DNA from: a virus
Taxonomy: Duplodnaviria > Caudoviricetes
IMG/VR virus record: IMGVR_UViG_3300030389_002537
Coordinates: 1 to 61,719 of that record
Length of the DNA: 61,719 nt
Direction: 5' to 3' (one strand)
Below, piece after piece: positions 59,333 to 61,719 of this stretch. The position numbers and the translations under genes were made by a program. Numbering within the stretch: the stretch's first letter is position 1; every line of letters starts with the position of its first letter. The notes under the pieces are model-generated. The model made no database searches, was not told where the DNA came from, and worked only from the letters and a program-made list of their open reading frames with translations.

Positions 59333-60697
59333 ATGACCAGAAAGTTTTTTTTGTTCCGTAGATCAGATCCAGTAGGTCCAGTTAAAAGGGTTTCTGAAAA
59401 CGGTAAAGATATACCGATTCTTGCTGTACCTGCAGATAAGATAGCATTTGTTTCAGCAGGTAAAGGTGAAATCAACATAACTTTTAATGACGCTGGTGTA
59501 TACGAAGATAATGAAATGCTTGCTGGGGACTCTATTGAAAAAACAAATATAACCATAGCTTGTGCGGTTGGTCAAGAAATGTTAATAATTGAAAAAATAT
59601 TAATATTTGCAGGTAGCACAGAAGGTAAGCCGATTATGAAGTTTGATGTTCTTGAAAGTTCGTCACCAATATCTGAGGTTGTTTTAGAAAATGTATCTAA
59701 TTTAACAACAAAAATTAAATCTCAACCTACAGAACGTGTTACACAAAAGGTAAGCACAGGTGATTCAGCTACTAGATTCTTAAATGTTATAGGCGAAATA
59801 AATTTTGGTAGTAGAGAGAACAGACCTTTTGTAGATTATAACCACGAAAGCATGTATCCTGTAGATAATACAGATATTGTAGCTGTAGGTGCAGCTCAAT
59901 GGAAAAATGCAGGAACGGGAGGTGCTGCATACGATATAACATCAGGAACTGGATCTGTAACCACACAAACTGAAGCCACAGCTGCTGATGTTGGGCTTGG
60001 TCAAATATGTGCTCAATTCGCATCCAACTCATTCCTAGATGTGCCAGACATTACAGTTAAAGACGACTACACTATGTATTTTGTTATAGGTGATGCAGGC
60101 TCTGGGACAGGCGGTGAAGGATTTGGCGTGTTGTTTGGCGATGATGCTGGAGAAACGACAGGTTTTTCTACAGCTGGAGCTTCTAGCTCTTTTTCTATGA
60201 GACATGATGGATTGCTAGGTCATCCATTTAAAGTAAAAACAAACACATCTACAAGCGGTACGGAAGCTTATTCTTTTCCCGATCCATCATCAATAGCATC
60301 TATAGGCGAAAGACAGTTTTGTTACTCGTTTGTCATCAGAAGAGACAAAGACTTTAATTTGTATCTTTACAACTTTGAAGGCGAAGTAGTTGCATTTGCA
60401 CCAGCGTTTACAGTGAAATCTAAATCTAAGCCTGATTTTAAAGAAGTAGGATCAAAATATAAAATATTAGACACAAGTAAAATAAAAAATAGACTAAGAG
60501 CAAAAGTTACAGAGGGAACTGGAGGTAGAACTGATGGAAACTTATTCATACAGCAGCTTGGTAGTTCTGGAGGTAACGTAACAAATAGCTTTGCAGGTAC
60601 TCTAGGTAGATTCGGTGTAATAACGCGAGATATTGGTGAGGCAAATTGTTCTAAATTAGCACAAGATTTGTACGAGTTGTACAAACCGACAACATAA
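59333..60697 (+). CDS. Structural protein with C-terminal LamG-like domain
   Basis: QWKNAG, YTMYFV, FVIRRD..LYLY and FAGTLGRFGV motifs. Confidence 0.55.
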   Translation: MTRKFFLFRRSDPVGPVKRVSENGKDIPILAVPADKIAFVSAGKGEINITFNDAGVYEDNEMLAGDSIEKTNITIACAVGQEMLIIEKILIFAGSTEGKPIMKFDVLESSSPISEVVLENVSNLTTKIKSQPTERVTQKVSTGDSATRFLNVIGEINFGSRENRPFVDYNHESMYPVDNTDIVAVGAAQWKNAGTGGAAYDITSGTGSVTTQTEATAADVGLGQICAQFASNSFLDVPDITVKDDYTMYFVIGDAGSGTGGEGFGVLFGDDAGETTGFSTAGASSSFSMRHDGLLGHPFKVKTNTSTSGTEAYSFPDPSSIASIGERQFCYSFVIRRDKDFNLYLYNFEGEVVAFAPAFTVKSKSKPDFKEVGSKYKILDTSKIKNRLRAKVTEGTGGRTDGNLFIQQLGSSGGNVTNSFAGTLGRFGVITRDIGEANCSKLAQDLYELYKPTT

Positions 60698-60714
60698 ATT
60701 AAATTTAATACATA

Positions 60715-61530
60715 ATGACAAAAGCAAAAGTGGCAGCTGAGGCCCCAAAAGCTCAGCCCGTACAGGCACCGCCTGCACAAAAGAAAAAGCGCGGTATCAA
60801 GCGCCAAGAAAAAGTTTTACAGCATTCTGAATACGAAATACCTAATCGAGCTGGTATTGTATTTATGCTACCTCAAAAAGGTGTAACTATATACGACTCA
60901 GAAAAAGACACGGTAAGAGAAATTAGATACTGTCCCAACGAGCCGTCTATATATACTGATGAGCAAAGCGACAAAGCTCTTAGACAGAGTGTTGCCTTTA
61001 GAGATGGTAGATTGTTTGTACGTAAAGATCAACCAAATTTAAGATCTTTTTTAGATACACACCCTATGAATATGGCGAATGGTGGTCAGATATTTAGAAG
61101 AGTTGACAAGAAATCAGAAGCTGAAGCTGAACTTAAAAGAGAGTTTGCTTTATCCGAGGCTGTATCTATAGTAAGGGATAAGGAGATAAACGATCTACTA
61201 CCTATAGCTATGTATTTCAAAGTAGACATTAACAAGCCTGTGTCTGAAATAAGATACGACTTACTTAACATAGCTAAAAAGAAAACAAAAGAATTTATGG
61301 AGGCATTTGATTCTCCACAGGTTCAGGTAAGATCTACTATTCAGCAAGCTGCTGATTATCAAATTATAAAAATAAAACAAGACGGATGTTATTGGTTTGA
61401 TGCTAATACTCTTATTGTTGCAAACCCAGTGGGTCAGAACACCATAGACACTATGGTTAGGTTCTGCTTAACTGAAAAAGGAGCATCTGTGCTATCTAGT
61501 TTAGAAGAAAGACTAGACAAGTTAGCATAA
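60715..61530 (+). CDS. Conserved morphogenesis-region protein
   Basis: REIRYCPNEPSIY.DEQ and FRDGRLFV..L..FL..HP motifs. Confidence 0.65.
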   Translation: MTKAKVAAEAPKAQPVQAPPAQKKKRGIKRQEKVLQHSEYEIPNRAGIVFMLPQKGVTIYDSEKDTVREIRYCPNEPSIYTDEQSDKALRQSVAFRDGRLFVRKDQPNLRSFLDTHPMNMANGGQIFRRVDKKSEAEAELKREFALSEAVSIVRDKEINDLLPIAMYFKVDINKPVSEIRYDLLNIAKKKTKEFMEAFDSPQVQVRSTIQQAADYQIIKIKQDGCYWFDANTLIVANPVGQNTIDTMVRFCLTEKGASVLSSLEERLDKLA

Positions 61531-61551
61531 CTCATGATGATGTAGAAGATG

Positions 61552-61580
61552 AGCCGCCTATTATGGCGGCTTTTCTTTTT
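61552..61580 (+). terminator. Rho-independent terminator
   Basis: AGCCGCC-TATTAT-GGCGGCT followed by a T-rich run. Confidence 0.85.
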
Positions 61581-61719
61581 CGTATATTTGTCGTATGGCT
61601 AGCGTACAGCAAGTATATAACTCACTAAAGGATCTGACAAACAAGGAGCAGAAAGGATTTATTACTCCTCAGATATTTAATTCATTAGCGTCATTAGCTC
61701 AAATGAATATCTACAATGA
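61566..61719. repeat. Terminal direct repeat, right copy
   Basis: Repeat of 1-154. Confidence 0.95.

Noticed and set aside
146-61271. Most shadow ORFs in the track lying opposite or out of frame to long genes (e.g. 146-517, 22574-22888, 35309-35734, 60367-60807)
   Set aside because: Almost entirely overlap well-supported genes and lack motifs or leaders
1-61719. Stop-codon reassignment as seen in some crAss-like phages
   Set aside because: Long ORFs tile both arms under the standard code, and TAA, TAG and TGA all occur as stops
1-61719. Prophage or temperate lifestyle
   Set aside because: No integrase, repressor pair, partition genes or host flanks recognised

Overview
The window is an apparently complete, circularly permuted dsDNA tailed-phage genome. 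Positions 1-154 recur at 61566-61719 with one synonymous mismatch, giving a unit length of about 61,565 bp. Gene content and Bacteroidetes-type promoters (TTG-N20-TAnnTTTG) point to a podovirus-like phage of Bacteroidota, probably aquatic Flavobacteriales, with a virion module organised like that of Cellulophaga phi38:1 and crAss-related phages. There are two divergent arms starting from a roughly 0.8 kb non-coding region at 34361-35167. The minus-strand early/replication arm (34360 down to 20975) carries many tiny genes, a pyrimidine-dimer glycosylase-like protein, a recombination module, a primase-helicase, an endonuclease and a class II RNR. The plus-strand late arm (35168 to the end, then 1-21000) carries terminase, portal, scaffold, major capsid, tail, ejection proteins including a 2900-aa polyvalent protein, and holin. 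I recognise no DNA polymerase, RNA polymerase, integrase, CRISPR array or canonical tRNA. Most notable: (1) a translationally coupled late cassette encoding a Cys-rich type IX secretion cargo, an outer-membrane beta-barrel, a membrane coiled-coil protein and an exported thioredoxin-fold protein; (2) two tRNA-like RNAs, one carrying an 11-nt sequence antisense to a motif shared by early-gene leaders; (3) a strongly over-represented heptamer ACCGCCT on both strands; (4) a shared xxGG motif in putative capsid-internal proteins; (5) leaderless late promoters; (6) a T10 tract frameshift at the start of the giant protein. All family names are recalled from motifs; no database search was run.
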